Of a DNA stretch of 64,000 nucleotides, positions 61,295-64,000 are shown in pieces (position 1 is the stretch's first letter; each line of letters starts with the position of its first letter). A program made the translations under genes and the position numbers. The notes below the pieces were generated by a model, which saw nothing but the letters and a program-made list of their open reading frames with translations, was not told the DNA's origin and ran no database searches. The DNA is from Fistulifera solaris (lineage: Eukaryota), in NCBI GenBank assembly GCA_030295235.1, contig AP026148.1, forward strand, positions 496,001-560,000, read 5' to 3'.

Positions 61295-62065
61295 TCAAGG
61301 ATGGAAGACTCTTTTCCGCATGGCGTTGTCAAAGTATTGCTCATACTTGGACAACTCATCACTTTGCTTGTACTCGTTCAGTGAGGAAAAGCCAACGACG
61401 GGAGTATCGAGGGGAAGACTTGGAAGAATTTCATTCACATACACGAGCCAGTGTGCTGGATGGACTAACTCTCCAAGATGGTTGCGGAAGAAACACCCTT
61501 CTTCCAGCGCATCAGCGGCGCCGCAAAGACGTAAACGACGCTCAAACCTGATCTCCAGGCAGATCTCATCCTTCTCTGCCTGCAACGCACGCTTGTCGCG
61601 ATACAACGAACGCTTTTCCTCGGCCGTCAACGAATTATGATGGGGAATCTCCTTGACAGTGTAGAAACCGGGCACAAATTGTACACGGCGAGACGCACGA
61701 TGATTTTCAAGAAAAGAACTGCTTGAAGAGCCACGAGACGAAGTGACATTCAACGAAAGCAGCGCCTGAACAGTGCTCTGTGCCCACGCGGCGTTCTCGT
61801 TCTCGCAAATCCACGACTGCATCTCTTCACGCGATTCCGCAAACGAAAGAATGAACGACATCTCGTTATCAGGAATCAATTCACAAGGAACGGAATCGGA
61901 GAGGAAGGGGACATCATCATCATTGTCGTCTCGAAAGTCGACAGGTGATCGAAGAGAAGCGAACAACGACTGAACAGGGCCTTCCGTGCGCTGCCGCTTG
62001 CAATCACTTGTCACCAAGTCGCTCTGGGAGCATGAAAGATAGTCTCGTTTGGTAGAAAGTCGCAT
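61295..62065 (-). CDS. Orphan family A member A1' (256 aa)
   Basis: Intact ORF; differs from A1 by an in-frame 24-bp deletion and a CGA to TGA change that trims 5 C-terminal residues. Confidence 0.85.
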   Translation of the reverse strand: MRLSTKRDYLSCSQSDLVTSDCKRQRTEGPVQSLFASLRSPVDFRDDNDDDVPFLSDSVPCELIPDNEMSFILSFAESREEMQSWICENENAAWAQSTVQALLSLNVTSSRGSSSSSFLENHRASRRVQFVPGFYTVKEIPHHNSLTAEEKRSLYRDKRALQAEKDEICLEIRFERRLRLCGAADALEEGCFFRNHLGELVHPAHWLVYVNEILPSLPLDTPVVGFSSLNEYKQSDELSKYEQYFDNAMRKRVFHP

Positions 62066-62681
62066 TTTGATTCAAAATAGATGAAACAACAAGGATTTTG
62101 GTAATTGGGGTTGTTTTTGTGCGCTTTGCTGCTGCGCTGCTGCGGACCGATGGGCGGATGGACGGACGTATACGTGTACCACTAAGATATTGTAGTGGGA
62201 TGCACGTCATTTGTTGGGTAGCGCTCCGATTTATTATGTACACTGTCTTGCAGAGTTAGTTAGTTAAAAGGAAGAAAAAAATACGCCGCACCGCAAATAA
62301 TAATACACTCCCCAGCTAGACTAGGTCTAGACTAGTTGATGGGTACCTGTTAACGTTCCATTAAGAATGTCAATCTTGATATCGACATTTGCATTGTCAG
62401 CAGCTTCGAAGTGCGAATGAATAGTTTCTAGCTTCTAAGGTAGTTTGTAGTCGAATGAATAGTCCGTTCACCGGAATGCCACTTGACCAATCCTATAGAG
62501 TAAACGCAATGAATATACTATAGACTAATATTTTCAAAACAATTTCTAATTACTTGATATGATGTGGATGAAATTTAATGTCTTAAATGGATCGCAATGA
62601 AAACGACAACGCAAATAACTACGACGATAACGATTGATTACAAAACACAACGCAGAGAGCAAACACAACGACTCCAGCTCG

Positions 62682-63449
62682 TCACACTTCAACAGGATCA
62701 TCTTGGATCAGTTCTTCGGCAATGGATGTATTGTATTTACGCGCATAAAATTCCAGGACGCCGTAATATTCTTCAAAGGACACGAAACCAGGTACCTTCA
62801 TGTCGCGAGGAAGGGTTGGAAGGATTTCACGCACAAACGAACGAAAATGGGCTGGATGGACCAACTTGCCCTCGTGATTTGGATAGAACATCTCTTCCTC
62901 TAGTGCATTTTCAATGCAGTGCTTGCTGTCTTCATACTGCTGCTCCTTTAGGCTCTTCTCCTTCTTGGTACTCTTGACGCCATACAAGGAACGCTTCTCG
63001 TCTTCCGTCAACGACTGATGGCTTTGAATGGGTACAACAGTCACATGCTGTGCGAAAGTGACACGACGAGTGGGAGGACTGAAAAAGTCGTCAAGAGCGG
63101 CGTCATAATCACAAGCGAAACACAACGCTTGTCGACCGGGGACCGCAGCAACGCCAGGGCAACCTTCCGCTGCCAGATAGTCATATTCCGGTGCTTCGGA
63201 CAGCAGCTCCTCACCACAAGGACGAGAATTATCAATATCCCAGACAATGATACGATTAGGATTGCGAGGGACACTTTCCGGAGCAGCAGCTTCACGGTCA
63301 AACGCTACGACATCATCTCCGGCGTCGTGGCGAGAACGGAATGCAGCCAACAGCTTGCGGAAAGGACGAATCGTTTGTCGACGCTTTTCCATTGTCTTCT
63401 GATGACTTTTGTTACGTCGAAGGTAGTTAAAACGGCAAGAAACTTTCAT
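62682..63449 (-). CDS. Orphan family A member A3' (255 aa)
   Basis: Intact ORF; differs from A3 by an in-frame 6-bp indel (KVPGF vs KVPVPGF). Confidence 0.85.
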   Translation of the reverse strand: MKVSCRFNYLRRNKSHQKTMEKRRQTIRPFRKLLAAFRSRHDAGDDVVAFDREAAAPESVPRNPNRIIVWDIDNSRPCGEELLSEAPEYDYLAAEGCPGVAAVPGRQALCFACDYDAALDDFFSPPTRRVTFAQHVTVVPIQSHQSLTEDEKRSLYGVKSTKKEKSLKEQQYEDSKHCIENALEEEMFYPNHEGKLVHPAHFRSFVREILPTLPRDMKVPGFVSFEEYYGVLEFYARKYNTSIAEELIQDDPVEV

Positions 63450-63952
63450 GTTTAGTTCAGAATTGATAAATCAATAAAGATATCGGTAAAATGGGGTGTT
63501 TTTTTTTTTGTGTGATTGAGAATAATAAGCATACGTTGCTGCTGCGGGCTGCGGAGTGTGGACTATGTCTTAGCGGTAACGATACTGAGAGATTATGTAT
63601 ACCAAGTCGAATGCAACAGGTTACGCTTTACCTGGTACAATAGCGCTACCTGGTATGTTCACACCAGAAAATAGGCAGTAATACGGAGTTCAATCAGCTT
63701 CTATTACTAGGCAAATAATAGGAAACAGAAACAAGCTGCAATAAGATGTCGCTTTGTAGCTATAACTGTTTTTAAGCTTGCTCTCACCAAGTTATACCAA
63801 GAATTTTTAAGCTTGCATTACCGTCGTTCTCAACGTACTTTTTAGATAAGGAGCGTGCGCCTACGTTTTCAAGACAACGTCGCCCACGCACAGCTACACA
63901 CTAGACAAGCTAAGAAGTCTCTCTTTACAAAATATCATCTACGATTACATCA

Positions 63953-64000
63953 AAGCGAAATCAACTTTACAGCTTCAGTTCCTGGCTGATTGATAGACGA
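63953..64000 (+). repeat. Right copy of the 59592-59639 flank
   Basis: Begins exactly where cassette homology stops (gattacatca|aagcgaaatc). Confidence 0.92.

Larger units (their letters stand above)
59686..63952 (-). repeat. Copy 2 of the three-gene cassette, inverted and circularly permuted (A3-A1-A2), with 145-bp terminal direct repeats
   Basis: 59686-59830 and 63809-63952 both match the reverse complement of 15097-15241 (A2-A3 spacer). Confidence 0.93.

Noticed and set aside
59686..63952. LTR retrotransposon (direct terminal repeats)
   Set aside because: No gag, RT or integrase; the repeats are simply part of the A2-A3 spacer seen once in copy 1; the duplicated flank is far longer than a 4-6-bp TSD.

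Overview
Gene-dense eukaryotic nuclear DNA with short GT-AG introns and several bipartite (signal peptide plus ASAFAP-like) plastid-targeting leaders. This points to a diatom, probably a raphid pennate; the expanded orphan families resemble those I associate with Fistulifera (inference). About 30 genes or gene remnants are present: SAC3/LENG8, a plastid bestrophin, transportin, a nucleotide-sugar transporter, an SDR, EamA and MFS transporters, a histidine phosphatase, cyclin B, a roughly 7.6-kb Pro/Ser/Thr-rich secreted protein gene, an MBOAT acyltransferase, a pseudouridine-synthase-like/RlmI fusion, an F-box-like/JmjC protein, a sulfotransferase-GT2-GT2-membrane fusion, a GH30 hydrolase, plastid RF1 and two orphan families. 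Many conserved genes carry 1-bp indels, often in homopolymers, so the assembly looks unpolished and frameshifts alone are not evidence of pseudogenes. Most notable: (1) a three-gene cassette of RVxF-motif orphan proteins (12.7-16.7 kb) recurs inverted and circularly permuted at 59.7-63.95 kb, with 145-bp terminal redundancy and a duplicated flank, as expected of a circular-intermediate insertion or a tandem array; (2) a single-ORF candidate sulfated-glycan synthase; (3) a bestrophin with clustered CCRE-type elements upstream and a Tyr-repeat tail. I saw no rRNA, tRNA, CRISPR array or autonomous transposase.
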